Assembly (NCBI GenBank): GCA_964016885.1
Contig: OZ024760.1
Location: 14,384,001-14,448,000 of the forward strand
From: Eledone cirrhosa
Lineage: Eukaryota
Direction of reading: 5' to 3'
Length of the DNA: 64,000 nt
The notes below the pieces were generated by a model, which did not search any database, was not told where the DNA came from, and saw nothing but the letters and a program-made list of their open reading frames with translations. This document shows, one piece after another, positions 27,131 to 41,602 of the stretch (positions are counted from its first letter, which is position 1; each line of letters starts with the position of its first letter). A program made the translations under genes and the position numbers.

Positions 27131-28064
27131 GTGTGGGGTGGGGGTGAAAGGAAAGAGTGAAAAGAAAATGAGGGTGTCCCAAGGTGAGTGGGGTGGAGTC
27201 AGGAAGTGAGGGGTGTGAGGTCAGGGAGCACAGTGCAAGTCTAGTACAAGAACAAGGGTTTTGTTGTACAAGTCTTGGAGTATGTTTGGTGTTGAGTTCT
27301 AGAAGAAATATACTATTGTTGAGAACTGGTTAGGATGGTGGTGGTGGTGGTGATGATGGTGTGGTGGTGGTGGTGGTGGTGGTGGTGGTGTGGTGATGGT
27401 GGTGGTGATGCTGGTAGTGATGCTGGTGGTGGTGGTGGTGGTGGTGATGGTGTGGTGGTGGTGGTGGTAGTGGTGGTAGTGATGCTGGTGGTGGTGGTGA
27501 TGATGGTGTGGTGATGGTGGTGGTAGTGGTGGTGGTGGTGTGGTGATGGTGGTGGTGATGCTGGTGGTGGTGGTGGTGGTGGTACTGATGGTGGTGGTAC
27601 TGATGGTGGTGGTGGTGATGGTAGTGATAGTGGCATTGATGTTGGTGGTGGTACTGGTGTTGATAGTGTTGTTGCTGGTAGTGATAGTGGGGGGGGTATT
27701 GGTGTTGGTGGGGGTGTTGATGTTGACTAATACTTTTTTTAGTATGTAACCACACCACCACCACTGCCACCACACATACACACACACAAACTGACACACA
27801 AAGACAGACACATAGACATTGCACAGCTACACAGACATACACACACACACAGACACACAGACACACATACAGACACACACACACACAGACACACACAAAC
27901 AGAAAGACACATTTAGGACCAACCTGGGATGTTTGGTAAAGGAATGAAAGAGTTTAAAAGGTCAAATAAGACATTGAAGGTCAATATTTGGCAGTTACAT
28001 ACACATACATACACACACATACATACACATATATATATCATCATCATCATCCTCATCAACAACA

Positions 28065-28260
28065 ACATCATCATCATTTTACGTCCGCTTATCAATGCTT
28101 GCAGGAGTGTGACAGGTCCTCAGCATCTCTCCAAGCGCCACAGTCCTTCATCATCTCCTCTGTGAGCTTCAGTAATCTGAGGGCAGCTCTCACCATCTCC
28201 ACCCATGTTTTCTGTGGTCTTCCTCTACTGCATCTTCCTTCCACTAGGATGACTTAGCAC
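28065..28260 (-). mobile_element. Degenerate RTE 3' end
   Basis: Reverse complement translates as VEGRCSRGRPQKTWVEMVRAALRLLKLTEEMMKD..AWR. Confidence 0.75.
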
Positions 28261-28270
28261 AATGTATATA

Positions 28271-28613
28271 TACAATGATATTAAATAAATGGAAACTATA
28301 TATTTATAAAACCATATTTATTCTATTATATATATTTCAAGGGTACCAAAAACTTTGGTACGCTTTCATCAGATAAAATACAAAGTGTGTTTTATAAATT
28401 TTTACATAGCCAAGGAAACATACCTTATCAGCGTACCAAAGTTTTTGGTACCCTTGAAATATATATAATAGAATAAATATGGTTTTATAAATATAGTTTC
28501 CATTTATTTAATATCATTGTATATTTACTCCAGAAACTTGTCGAATGCTCTGAATCAGTTATAAACATTTATATTTGTTGAATTTCCAACTAATTAAATA
28601 TCCCTTCTACTTA
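28271..28613. mobile_element. Family A fold-back insert; intact hammerhead at 28319-28380 (-)
   Basis: Same architecture as 1408-1785; the + arm begins inside stem II (gcgtaccaaag). Confidence 0.8.
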
Positions 28614-28843
28614 TATATATATATATATATATATATCACACACACAGATATATATATATATATACTCAACCACACATACATACACACACACATATGTATA
28701 TACACATACACACCATATAGGCTTTAGCTTATTCTTGTCTCAATACCAAGTGTTAGGAAGGGCATCTGCCTGTAAAACACTGTCTCAAAAAGTTCCATAC
28801 AGCCCATACCAGCATGAAGATAATACGTATATGTATGTGTGTG

Positions 28844-28874
<31 letters not shown>

Positions 28875-29529
28875 TGCTGAATAAGACCCATCCCACCCTT
28901 GCAAGCAGGGAAGAGCGGACGTAAAATGATGATGATGATTATATATATATATATATATATATAAACATATATAAACATACACATACAAGTATATACAGAC
29001 ACACATATCTTCACATAAACATACATACAAGCATGCATATACACACACGCACACATATTTACACATATATACATGCACATACACACACACCTATTTTCAC
29101 ACATACATACATGATGATGGCTGCCCCCTCGTTATCGAGTATGGCCATTGCCTGATATAACATTATTAATAATTATTAATTAATCCCATCATGCAAATCC
29201 CGCCGAGGTTAACTTTGCCTTTCATCCTTACGGGGTCGATAAAATAAAGTACCAGTCACGTACTGGGGTCGATTTAATCGACTTTCCCCTCCTCCCAAAT
29301 TACTGGCCTTGTGCCTATATAAGAAACCATTAATTAATTCCATCGTGCAATGCCTGTGTGTAAAGATATTTTTTAAAGTGAGGAAAGACTGTGCACTGAG
29401 CCAATCCCACTCTCTGAGCGACAGTAGCTCTAACCCGAAAAGAAGAAAAGATCAACATCATCAGTAACTATTGAGCCGCAGGTTTTATATCGGAGTTTTC
29501 TCAGTTTCCTGAGTTGCCTTCTCCTACAT

Positions 29530-29925
29530 ACATACCTGTATATATAAACATACATACCTGTATATATATATACACACATATCTTCACCTCATATATACAT
29601 TCATATCTACATACATACCTGTATATATATACATACATACCTGTATATATATATACACACATATCTTCACCTCATATATACATTCATATCTACATACATA
29701 CCTGTATATATATACATACATACCTGTATATATATACACACATATCTTCACCTCATATATACATTCATATCTACATACATACCTGTATATATATACATAC
29801 ATACATACATGTATATATATATACACACATATCTTCACCTCATATATACATTCATATCTACATACATACATGTATATATATATACATACATATATATATA
29901 TATATATATACACACATATCTTATA
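29530..29925. repeat. Microsatellite-derived minisatellite (acacacatatcttcacctcatatatacattcatatctacatacatacctg), ~4-5 copies
   Basis: Directly visible. Confidence 0.85.
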
Positions 29926-30419
29926 TACACCCAGTAATTGTGCTACCATTATCAAACATCAGACAACTCTTACCAAAATGACATTTAATAATGTTTACTA
30001 CATACAAATGACTTCTATCATAATTTGGCTGCTTAAAAGGGAAATTATTATTCTCTTCTTCTTCACCCTTTTCTTCTTTTTGCCTTCTTCTTTGCCTTTA
30101 CCTTCTTCTTCTTCTTCGCCTTTACCTTCTTCTTTGCCTTTACCTTCTTCTTCTTTGCCTTCTTCTTCTTTGCCTTCTTCTTCTTGTTCTTCTTCTTCGC
30201 CTCCTTTGTAATCTTCTTCTTTGCCTTCTTTTTCTTCTCTGTATTCTTTCTCCTCCTCCTCCTCCTCTTCTTCCCCCTCTCTCCCCACCTCTCCCTCCTC
30301 CTTCCCCTTCTCTTCACAATACATTTAAAATGTTTGAGATGTGGTCTGTAGCTAGGAAGGAGCTGTTACATTGTTTTCTGCTTCAGACAATGTGTGAATC
30401 CCTATGTGGTGCCTCAGCA

Positions 30420-30472
<53 letters not shown>

Positions 30473-30740
30473 ACCCACACACGTGTATGTAAAAGATAAA
30501 CAGAAATAACAACACAATCAGTACAGTATATGGAAGGAATATATTAGGTTAACGCTTGATATAGCAGGAAGAGGGTCTTAACGTTTTGGATGCTAGTCCT
30601 TCATCAGAAGAAAGAATGGGAAATAAGATAGATTGAGGGGACGGGCGGGATGGAATTGGAAAAAATGTCTTTAGATAAAAATAACATGAAAGAGTCAGGA
30701 CCCAGACAGCTGAGCTCTTGCTAATTCAACAGCTAATTCC

Positions 30741-30794
<54 letters not shown>

Positions 30795-31654
30795 TGTAAA
30801 TGTGGTTGGTGTAAGGAAGGGCATCCAGCTGTAGAAAACCTGCCAGAGACACTTCCTTGAGAGACACGGTCACACGACCTTTCCAGCATCAAATGGAACA
30901 AAACCGTCTAACCCATGCTAGTGTGGAAGATGGACGCTAAACGATGGTGATGATGGTGGGGGATGATGGGGATGATGGGGGATGGTGATGGATGGGGACG
31001 AGGGTCGTGATGATGATGATGATGATGGGGATGATGATGATGGGGATGATGGGGGTGATGACAACGATAGTGATTATGGTACTGATGATGGTGATGATGA
31101 TGATGATGGCGATGACAATAATTGTTTCTACCATTGGGCACAAGGCCAGCAATTACCCCAGTGCATTACTGGTACTTTATTTTATCAAATCAACTCAAAC
31201 CCATAAGGATGAAAGCTAAGCGCGGTGGGATTTGAACTCAGATCGTAAAGGGCCATAACTCTATGCTGCAAAGCATGGCGTCTGCAGCTCTACCGATACT
31301 ACAATGGTGGTGATGACAATAAGTGCAAATCTACAAAACTATGCCACCTGGAAATCCTGCAATCTCTCTCTCTTCCCCCCTCTCTCTCTCTCTCTCCCTC
31401 TCTCTCTCCTCTCTCCCCACATCCCCCCTTTCTCTCTCCTCTCTCCCCCACGCCCCCTCTATCAACTCTTCCCACCCCTTCCTCTCTCTGCCCCACCCTC
31501 CTCTCCCCTCTCCCCAGCCCTCCCACCAAAATGTTTACCATCACGCCATCTTTCAGAGATATTTAATGGTCTATTGGACTCTGGAAGAACAGACGTTGAA
31601 AGGTCGGACATATTTAATGCCACAATTTGGACAATGGCCAAAGAATCAACCTCG

Positions 31655-32115
31655 CTTTCTCTCCTTTACTTCCTCTTGTTTTCTCTCCCTCTCTCCTTCT
31701 CTTCCTTTTCTCTCTCCCTCTCTCCTTCTCTTCCTTTTCTCTCTCCCTTTCTCTCCTCTTCTTCTTCTTTTCTCTCTCTCCTTCTCTTCCTTTTCACATC
31801 TCTCTCCTTTCTCTCCCCTTCTCCCTTCCCTTCTCTCTCTTTACCTACCTTTCCCCTTCTCTTCTCTCTCTCTCCTCTCCTCCTCCTCTCTCTTTCTCCT
31901 TTCCATTTCCTTTCTTCTCTCTCCTCTCCCCTTTCCTTCTCTTCGTCTTCTCTCTCTCCTTCTCCCCCTTTCTCTTCTCTCTCTTCCCTTTCTCCTTCTC
32001 TCTCTTTCTCTCTCCTTTTCCTTCTCCCCTTTCTCTTCTCTCTTTCTCTACTCTTTCCCGTCTGTCCCACTTTTCTCCTTCTCCTCTCCCCTCTCTCGCT
32101 TTCTTCTCTCCATTT
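31655..32115. repeat. Polypyrimidine (CT-rich) tract
   Basis: ~460 bp almost entirely C/T. Confidence 0.95.
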
Positions 32116-33569
32116 CTGCAGAGGAAGGAGCCTTTATTTGGTTGTTTGACTTGGGAGAAATAGTAGCTAAATCCCCACCCATTTCCCAAAGTACACTCCT
32201 ATTATCTTAAACCTTTCTTTACTATATTCCTAATGAAAGACAGTCAAGGTGGATTGGCAGTGTCGGTAGAGTATCGGACGCCATGCTTTGACGTATAGAG
32301 TTACGGCCCTTGCCATTCTGAATTCAAATCCCGCCGAGGTTAACTTTGCCTTTCATCCTTACAGAGTCGATAAAATAAAGTACCAGTAATACACTGGGGT
32401 AATTGCTGGCCTTGTGCCAAAAGTAGAAACAATTATTAACAACACCATTAGGGCAGCGGATTGGCAGAATCGGTAGAGCATTCTGAGTTTAAATCCCGCC
32501 GGGGTTAGCTTTGCCTTTCGTCCTTACGAAGTCGATAAAATAAAGTACCAGTCATGTACTGGGGTCAATTTAATTGACTTTCCCCTCCCCGCAAAAATGT
32601 TGACCTTGTGCCTGAATCAGAAATTATTATCAACAACACCATTACTGTCACCACCATCATCACCCCCATCACCTCAACACTATCAACACCAACATCATCA
32701 CCACCAACAACAACTGCAGCACCACCAACACCACTGCAACACCACCATCACCCCCCCCACCAACTTCACCTCAAACATATCATCACTACTACAACTATGC
32801 CACCAACAAAACCACCATCAACAACACCTCAAGTACTATCAACACCAACAACAACTGCAACACTACCACCACCAACTCTAACAACAGCAGCAGCACCAAC
32901 AACACCACCAATACCACCACCACCACCACCACCACCACCAACAACAACACCAATACCACCACCAACACCTTACGAACAACAACACCAATACCATCACCAC
33001 CGACAACACTACCACCAATATCACAATCACCACCATCACAATCACCACCACCACCACTAAAACCACCATCACCACCACCACCGACAACACCATCACCTCC
33101 ACTAAAACCACCACCACCACCACCACCTCCACCACCACTACCACCAATACCACCATCACCACCAACACCACCACCAATACCACCAACAACACCAATCATC
33201 ACCAATACTACCACCAACAACAACAACAATACCACCATCACCACCACCAACAATACCACCACCTGCAACAACAACACCACCACCATCACCAACCTTAACA
33301 TCACCACCAATACCACCACCACCAACAACAACAACACCAGTAGTACCACCACCAACCCACTAACACCAATACCACCAATACCACCATCAACACCACCAAT
33401 ACCACCATCAACACCACCAATACCAACATCACCACCACCAACCTTAACACCAATACCAACAACAACAACAACTACATGCTACCAATTTCTAACATTCCAC
33501 TTATATATTTTCCATTATATGTGAGAAAAATGATTCCAGTAGGTTAGATTAGCTTCCACTCAACTGTCT

Positions 33570-33950
33570 TTAGAATTCTGAAGTGTCTCAAAAAGATTTC
33601 TTTTAATGTTTGGTACATTGGAACATTTATCATAGAAATCTTATATATAATGATACAGACATATGTATCTCTATATATGAAACCAAAAACTCATTAAATT
33701 TGAAAATAATAGCTAAATCTTAGAAATTTCAATTTTCGACATATTTTAATGTTTGATCTTTTGGAACATTTACCATTGAAGTTTAGTATATATAATGATA
33801 CTATCGTATATATATCTAAATATGTAACCCAAACTTTAAACAGCCTCATTATGATGCTAAATGGTAGTTGAATCTTAGAAATTTCAGTTTTGATATATTT
33901 TAATGTTTAGTCTATTAGAACATTTGTCATAGAAATTTTATGAATTAGGA
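33570..33950. repeat. Degenerate ~150-bp tandem repeat (3 units); related unit at 34530-34900 interrupted by a SINE
   Basis: Recurrent ttagaaatttca..ttttaatgttt..ggaacattt..catagaaat. Confidence 0.65.
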
Positions 33951-34593
33951 TTTTTTCAACACGTTAACACGTATGTGTGTGTGTGTGTGTGCATATGCAT
34001 ACATTTATATGTGTGAGTATATAAATATAAACGTGCAAACACATACACACTTACAAAAATACACATTCAAGCATACATTCATACATTCACACAAACACAT
34101 TCACACAAACACATACATACATTCACACAAACACATACATACATTCACACTAACACACGCATACATTCACGCAAACACATACATTCACACAAACATACAC
34201 ATACATTCACACAAACACACACATACATTCACACAAACACACACATACATTCACACAAACACACACATACATTCACACAAACACATACATACACAGCATA
34301 ACAAATGGAATGCCGCCACTATTTTGCTATAGTTTTTTCACCACCCCTTTTCCTTCCTTTTACACACATACATTCATGCAGGCAGTAGACGTAAAGAGAG
34401 AGGAGTAGTATGAGGTAGTCAAACTACTTCTCTCTCTTTACGTGTTGTGACAGAATTGTAATAATTTATATATAAATAATAAGTATATTTATATATATAA
34501 CTAAAATATATCTACATATGTAACTAAAACTTAGTAATTTCAATTTCAATATATTCAAATGTTTGGTCAATTGAAATATTATCATAGAAATCT

Positions 34594-34806
34594 AGTGTAA
34601 TATAATTGTTTCTATTTTTAGGCACAAGGCCAGCAATTACCCAGTGTATTACTGGTACTTTATTTTATCGACCCCGTAAGGATGAAAGGCAAAGTTAACC
34701 TCGGCGGGATTTGAACTCAGATCATAAAGGGATGTAACTCTATACTGCAAAGCATGGTGTCCAACCCTCTACCGATACTGCCAATCCACCGTCAGTGTAA
34801 TATAAT
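34594..34806 (-). mobile_element. Meta-domain SINE with 13-bp target-site duplication
   Basis: agtgtaatataat at 34594-34606 and 34794-34806. Confidence 0.9.
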
Positions 34807-34990
34807 GATAACAATGTAAGTATATCTATATATATGTGAACAAAACTAAAGAACCTCATTATGATGCTAAACTATAGCTAAATGTTAGAAATTTGAATTT
34901 TATAAAAAAATTATATTTTATATAAACTCGAATATACACACACACTCACATATAGTTTTTTTTTAATGCTGTACAGGAATCGTTCCGTCA

Positions 34991-35215
34991 TTAACCCTTT
35001 AGCATTTACATTACTCTATATATACTATTGTATTTTTGTGGTAAAGGCTTTGTGGTAAAGACTTCACATAATATCAAATCTACGAGATTTTGATGTTATT
35101 TATTTTGGGAACAATACTTTAACTTCAATATGAGTGGTCAGTTACAGCCGGTTTGAACAGAAGCAGGTGAGAAAATTCTGGCTGGATATGGCCGGTTTAA
35201 ATGCTCAAGGGTTAA
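34991..35215. mobile_element. Unit-length piggyBac-type MITE (~225 bp); further copy at 44618-44934, partial at 62464-62505
   Basis: TTAA-ccctttagcattta ... tttaaatgctcaaggg-TTAA. Confidence 0.8.
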
Positions 35216-36154
35216 GCTAACAGAAGATTGATGAGCTTTTGATTCCAGAGTCGGGCCCAATCAATAGAGATTGAACCTTGAGCTGATCAATCGTGAAACA
35301 CATGTCACACTTGAATAAACTTAGTGAAAATTTTACACCTCATCCATACTTATTGTTATTATCATTAGAGGGCGGTGGATTGCCAGTATCGGTAGAGGGT
35401 CGGATGCCATGCTTTGCAGCAAAGAGTTAGGGCCCTTTATGGTCTGAGTTCAAATCCCGCCGAGGTTAACTTTGCCTTTCATCCTTACGGGGTCGATAAA
35501 ATAAATTACCAGTAATGCACTGGGTAATTGCTGGCCTTGTGCCTAAAGTAGAAACAATTATTATTATTATTATAATATATCGGGCGGTGAATTGGCAGTA
35601 TCGGTAGAGGGTTGGACGCCATGCTTTGATGCATAGAGTTACGGCCCTTGCCATTCTGAGTTCAAATCCCGCCTAGGTTAACTTTGCCTTTCATCCTTAC
35701 GGGGTCGATAAAATAAAGTACCAGTAATGCACTGAGATAATTGCTGGCCTTGTGCCAAAAGTAGAAACAATTATTATTATAATATATCTATATATGTATA
35801 TATATATACATGTACAGTAGTCACCTTTTAATCCAATATACACCCTACACCCCCACACCTCTACACCTCCCTCCCACTTCCACCCGTTTCTCTGTAAAGT
35901 TATGTTGGTACCACAGAACGTCCAGTCCACACTAAAGTAGGTGTCACCTCAAAAAGCACCCAATCCACAATGTAAATGTGGTTGGCATTAGGCAGGGCAT
36001 CCAGCCATAGAAACCTGACCGTATACAAGCAAGACACGATCACCCAAACCTAACTTGCCTCTAAATGGGACAAACCCGTCTAACCCATGCTAGTGTGGAA
36101 GATAGACGTTAAACGATGATGATGATGATGTATATATATATTAATATATATATA

Positions 36155-36485
36155 CAGCTGTTTAAAAAAGTGCAGGGCGATAAAAATAGACGGTAACCAC
36201 GGAGTAGGCAGACCCAGAAAAACCTGGGACGACTTGATAAATTCCGACCTCACACACTTACACCTCTCCAAGACAATGTCACTGGACCGAGATCTTTGGC
36301 GCTACACAGTAATACAGAAGACCCGCCTTGGCTAAGTACAAAGCGAAACCTACAGTCAGTAGGCACCTCTTAACAAAAATACAGTCCTATACGAGCAAGA
36401 CAACCAATCTTGCCTCAAGTGGGAAAATTCCCGTCCAAACCCATGCAAGCGTGGAAGATGGACGTTAAACAATGATGATGATGAT
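36155..36485 (+). mobile_element. RTE LINE 3' end with internally deleted UTR
   Basis: CLKKCRAIKIDGNHGVGRPRKTWDDLINSDL..DRDLWR. Confidence 0.85.
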
Positions 36486-36504
36486 ATATATATGTTAAGT
36501 ATTT

Positions 36505-36735
36505 CCGTAGAAAAGGTAAAGGAAAGAAGAGTGCTCTATGTATAGTACAGAGCTCTTTAATTATATAATAAACAACACAATATGATTATTCCATTATCCG
36601 TTCATCAGATAGAAATCTTTGAAAGATTTCTATCTGATGAACGGATTCAGATGCCTCCATTAGAATCATCTAACTTCGTGAAACCTTTGGCAATGAAATA
36701 ATTATATTGTGTTGTTTATTATATAATTAAATAAA
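36505..36735. mobile_element. Family E hammerhead insert (36628-36697, +) with fold-back; sister copy at 37200-37330 (-)
   Basis: ttctat-CTGATGA-acgga...ttcgt-GAAA-cctttgg(c)a-atgaaa. The sister reverse complement reads CTGAAGA-acgatcc...ggatcca-GAAA-cctttggta. Confidence 0.65.
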
Positions 36736-36809
36736 TACATATACATATACAAATGTTCTCTCAATTCCCCACCCTGTCCTTGCCAACATGGAAAAATAGA
36801 TGTTAAATA

Positions 36810-36845
<36 letters not shown>

Positions 36846-37139
36846 CTGATAATGGTGGTGGCGGCAGAGGTGGTGATTAAGGGTGGTGGTTTTTAGTGAT
36901 ATATTATTTCTGACCTGTCTATGGTCAAACAATTTAATTATCTTCCAGACAAGATCATATTAATATTTACCACAATGATATCATTTGGTGATAATGAAAA
37001 TATAGAATTAGCAATTTGACATTTGGCATGAATTATTTAAAACTTTGACATGTTGGCAACTGTGAAATATTATAAAATGTTGCTGGGGTCTAACCTTACC
37101 TCCATCACCATCTTATTTTCAGTATATATATATATATAT

Positions 37140-37195
<56 letters not shown>

Positions 37196-37339
37196 TAGGT
37201 AATTCCGAAGAAAAAGCAAAGGAAAAGAGAGTGCTCTATGTATATAACAACACAATATATAACTGCTCCATTACCAAAGGTTTCTGGATCCTAGACAATA
37301 TTAATATACACCTGGATCGTTCTTCAGACACTTTCTAAT

Positions 37340-37392
<53 letters not shown>

Positions 37393-37693
37393 ACAAACAG
37401 CGAACAGCAGAGGACACGTACCATTCCTCTCCGACAGATAACCCCCCCGGAAAACCCCCCCAGTTGATGGATGCAAATCCGAAATTTAGGGACAATTAAA
37501 TCTCTCCCAAGGTAACTCTATCCCGTGTTATTATTTTTATTTCTACGCTCTTTCCTACGTTCCTCTACACACTATACATCTCATTCTACATTCCCTTACA
37601 TCTCTCTCTTCATCACCGGATCCTGTTACCCGGAGAATTACCCATCTGCATTGTTGAGGCTTCCAAAATGACCAAAAGAAAATAAATCATATA

Positions 37694-37744
<51 letters not shown>

Positions 37745-37819
37745 AATACTGTTAGCTTCTTGCTACAACAATTTCTATATATATGTATATATATATATAT
37801 TTATATTTAATATAGAAAT

Positions 37820-37870
37820 GGATTCTACAGGACTAGAACTGTTTCATTCAGGAGAAATCATCAGGAAGCC
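37820..37870 (-). ncRNA. Family G hammerhead (decayed copy at 61251-61298)
   Basis: Reverse complement reads ggcttc-CTGATGA-tttctcctgaat-GAAA-cagttctagtcctg-ta-gaatcc. Confidence 0.65.
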
Positions 37871-38000
37871 GACTGTCCAAGTAATTTGGTGGTATTTATA
37901 CCTTTTCTGGTGGTAGGAGAGGGTGGGGATTGGGATGGGTGGAGGTCAGTGGTTGATGGATTTAATATACATATATACATGTATATATTAACATTACAAG

Positions 38001-38090
38001 GGGTCTGATGAGCTGCGGATTACAGAGTTGGGTCAGATCGATACAGATCGAACCTTGAGCTGATCAGTGGCGAAACACGCATCACAACCC
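38001..38090 (+). ncRNA. Family F hammerhead with long stem II (decayed copy at 35226-35315)
   Basis: gggt-CTGATGA-gctgc...gtggc-GAAA-cacgcatc-acaaccc; the sister copy has gaaacacatgtc, implying a palindromic ACACGTGT stem III. Confidence 0.65.
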
Positions 38091-38144
38091 AATAAACATA
38101 ATGAAGGAATAACCAATCATCCTTGTTATTTTATTTCACTATAT

Positions 38145-38189
<45 letters not shown>

Positions 38190-38446
38190 AAGTTTGTATA
38201 TCGATATATCGAATGATATATGGCATGTTTACAAGTAAACATTTGAAAGCCTTTAGCTATGAATTTTAAAGGTGATGACTGGTGCCATCTACCTTGTTTT
38301 AACGGCTTTCTGGTCTGCCCATTGTCAAGGTTATGCACCCTTTCTCGCTTCATACTGGAACTCAAATAAGTTTTAATGCTTATGTATATGGGCTGATCAG
38401 CCTCATATATATACATATATATATATATACACATATATATATATAT

Positions 38447-38645
38447 AGGAAAAATTATGACTCCGACCGCAGAGCTCAAGCTGTTTCAACGGCTATTTCT
38501 GGACTAGTCCAGAAATAGCCGTTGAAACAGCTTGAGCTCTGCCGTCGGGGTCATACTTTTTCCTATTACCCACTCTACTACCCTAAGTATTGAGTACTCT
38601 GGTGCGTTATGGTCCACCTGGTTCCTTACCACATTTCCTTCGTTA
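38447..38645. mobile_element. Family C fold-back insert
   Basis: Perfect fold at ttctggact/agtccagaa; GAAA-cagc..gccg-TC-ggggtc. Confidence 0.8.
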
Positions 38646-38819
38646 TATATATATATATATATATTTTTTTTAGTATATGTTGGTTGTTTACCGACACTTC
38701 ATATGACTCCAGTTCCTCAGAGAAATAACAACGCAACCAGGAGCTGGACATATCGGAGTATTGATGGAGTAAAATACACTTAAACAACATGTGTACCTGT
38801 CTCTACCACACCAATTCGG

Positions 38820-38927
38820 ACTGCCTGAAGACGTCACCGCCAATGATGGCTGTCACCGAAATATATATATAGCAGTATATCTATAATTTATAATAAACAA
38901 AGCCAAATTTTACCTATTTGACTTAAT

Positions 38928-39003
<76 letters not shown>

Positions 39004-39068
39004 GTCAAATAGGTAAAATTTGGCTTTGTTTATTATAAATTATAGATATACTGCTATATATATTTCGG
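38820..39068. mobile_element. Family H hammerhead (38820-38876, +) with a tail-to-tail inverted copy across (TA)n
   Basis: actgc-CTGAAGA-cgtcaccgccaatgatggctgtcacc-GAAA-tatatatata-gcagt; 38856-38930 is the reverse complement of 38997-39068. Confidence 0.7.
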
Positions 39069-39085
39069 AATATATATATATATAT

Positions 39086-39139
<54 letters not shown>

Positions 39140-39159
39140 GCATATAAAGACATATATAT

Positions 39160-40025
39160 GAAGATGTTATTGATGATGGTGGTGGTGGTTGTCTTGATGG
39201 TAGTGGTAATGATGATGGTAGTGGCGGTGAGGATGATGATAGTATTGGTGGTGGTGGTGGTGGTGGTGATGTTATTAATGATGATGATGATGATGGTGGT
39301 GGTGATGATGGTTGTGGTGATAATGATACTGATGATGATGATATTGGTGGTGGTGGTGGGGATGATGGTATTGGTGGTGGTGATGATGATGGTGATGATA
39401 TTGGTGGTAGAGATGGTGGTGATGATGGTGGTGATGATGGTGGTGATGATGGTGATGGTGGTGATGGTGATGGTGATGGTGGTGATGGTGATGATGGTGA
39501 TGGTGGTGGTGGTGGGGATGATGGTATTGGTGGTGGTGATGATGATGGTGATGATATTGGTGGTAGAGATGGTGGTGATGATGGTGGTGATGATGGTGGT
39601 GATGATGGTGATGGTGGTGGTGGTGATGGTGATGGTGGTGGTGGTGATGGTGGTGATGGTGGTGGTGGTGGGGATGATGGTATTGGTGGTGGTGATGATG
39701 ATGGTGATGATATTGGTGGTAGAGATGGTGGTGATGATGGTGGTGATGATGGTGATGGTGGTGATGATGGTGGTAGAGATGGTGGTGATGATGGTGGTGA
39801 TGATGGTGATGGTGGTGATGATGGTGGTAGAGATGGTGGTGGTGGTGGTGGTGATGGTGGTGATGGTGGTGGTGGTGGGGATGATGGTATTGGTGGTGGT
39901 GATGATGATGGTGATGATATTGGTGGTAGAGATGGTGGTGATGATGGTGGTGATGATGGTGATGGTGGTGATGATGGTGGTAGAGATGGTGGTGGTGGTG
40001 GTGGTGATGGTGGTGATGGTGATGA
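39160..40025. repeat. (GGT/GAT)n array with a higher-order unit
   Basis: ggggatgatggtattggtgg...tagagatgg recurs four times. Confidence 0.9.
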
Positions 40026-41602
40026 CATTTCAGTAATGCTTCCAACAACAAAGAACCCAATTATTCAGTCTTTAAGTAGTTCTACATCATCATCATCATC
40101 AGCATTATCTATTGGTGCTGCTGCTGTTGCTGCTACTGTTGCTGCTGCTGCTGCTACTGCCATTTCTCCTCCTCTCATACACCACCTTCTTCCTCTGCCT
40201 TATCATCATCATCATCATCAACAGCATCATCACCACATCTTGCTGCTCCTGATGTTGCTGCTGCTGCTGTTTCTCCTCCTTTCATACACCACCTCCTCCT
40301 CAGCCTTATCACCACCAACAACAACAACAACAACACCACCACCAACAACAACAACACCACCACCAGCACCACCAACAACAACAACATGGCCACCAACACC
40401 ACCACCAGCATCACCACCAACAACAACAACAACACCAGCACCACCACCAACACCACCAGCACCACCAACAACAACATGGCCACCAACACCACCACCAGCA
40501 CCACCAACAACAACAACAACAACACCAGCACCACCACCAACACCACCAGCACCACCAACAACAACATGGCCACCAACACCACCACCAGCACCACATCTTG
40601 GTACTGCTATTGCTACTTCTGCTGCTGCTGTCTCTCCTCTTTCCACACCCCTCCTCCTCCTCCTCCTCCTCCTCCTCCTCTCTCATCTCTTTACACAGTT
40701 CATTGTTTATTGTTCTGAGATGTTATACTTGAATACATGTGTGTGTAAGTGTGTATGTGTGTAGGTGTATAGGTGTAAGTGTGTGTGTATAGGTGTAAAT
40801 GTGTGTATGTATACAGGTATGTGTGTATGTGTGTAGGTGTATAGGTGTGTGTGTGTGTGTGTATGCATACAGGTGTGTGTGTACGTGTGTATGTATGTGT
40901 GTGTAGGTGTATGTGTGTATGTGTGTATGTGTGTATGTATACAGGTATGTGTCTATGTGTGTGTGTATGTAAGTGTGTATGTGTATAGGTATGTATGCAA
41001 GTGTGTGTGGTGTGTGTATGTATAGACATGTAATGTAACGTATGCATGCATGTGTGCATATAGGTATGTGTGTGTGTATGTAAATGTGTGTATGTGTATA
41101 GGTGTAAGTGTATGTATGTGTGTATGTATACAGGTATGTGTGTGTGTATGTAAGTATTTGTATAGGTATGTATGCAAGTGTGTGTGTGTATGTAAATGTG
41201 TGTGTGTGTTTGTGTATGTAATGTATGTATATATGTTTGTACGCATGCATGTGTGTATATAGGTATGTAATATATGTATACATGCATGTTTGTGCATGTA
41301 TAAGTGTGTACATGCAAGTTTCCCCTCCTTTCAGTAGGTGTCACCTCAAAAAGCACCCAGTCCACAATGTAAATGTGGTTGGCATTAGGAAGGGCATCCA
41401 GCCATAGAAACCTGGCCTATACGAGCAAGACACGATCACCCGACCCAACTTGCCTCTAGGTATGAAATGTATGTATATGTATGTGTGTGTTTGTATATTA
41501 TGTATGTATGTTTGTGTGTGTATTAGTATTTAATGTATTTGTAATGTATGTGTGTATGTTTGTGTTCACGCATGTGTATAATAATAATAATAATAATAAT
41601 AA

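Noticed and set aside
31545-31655. Possible exon after tttcag between CT tracts
   Set aside because: No recognisable protein and no clear donor site; cannot be supported without RNA data.
40036-40764. Mucin/extensin-like 242-aa ORF
   Set aside because: Composed of CAA/CAC/GCT triplet repeats, with no recognisable domain or splice support.
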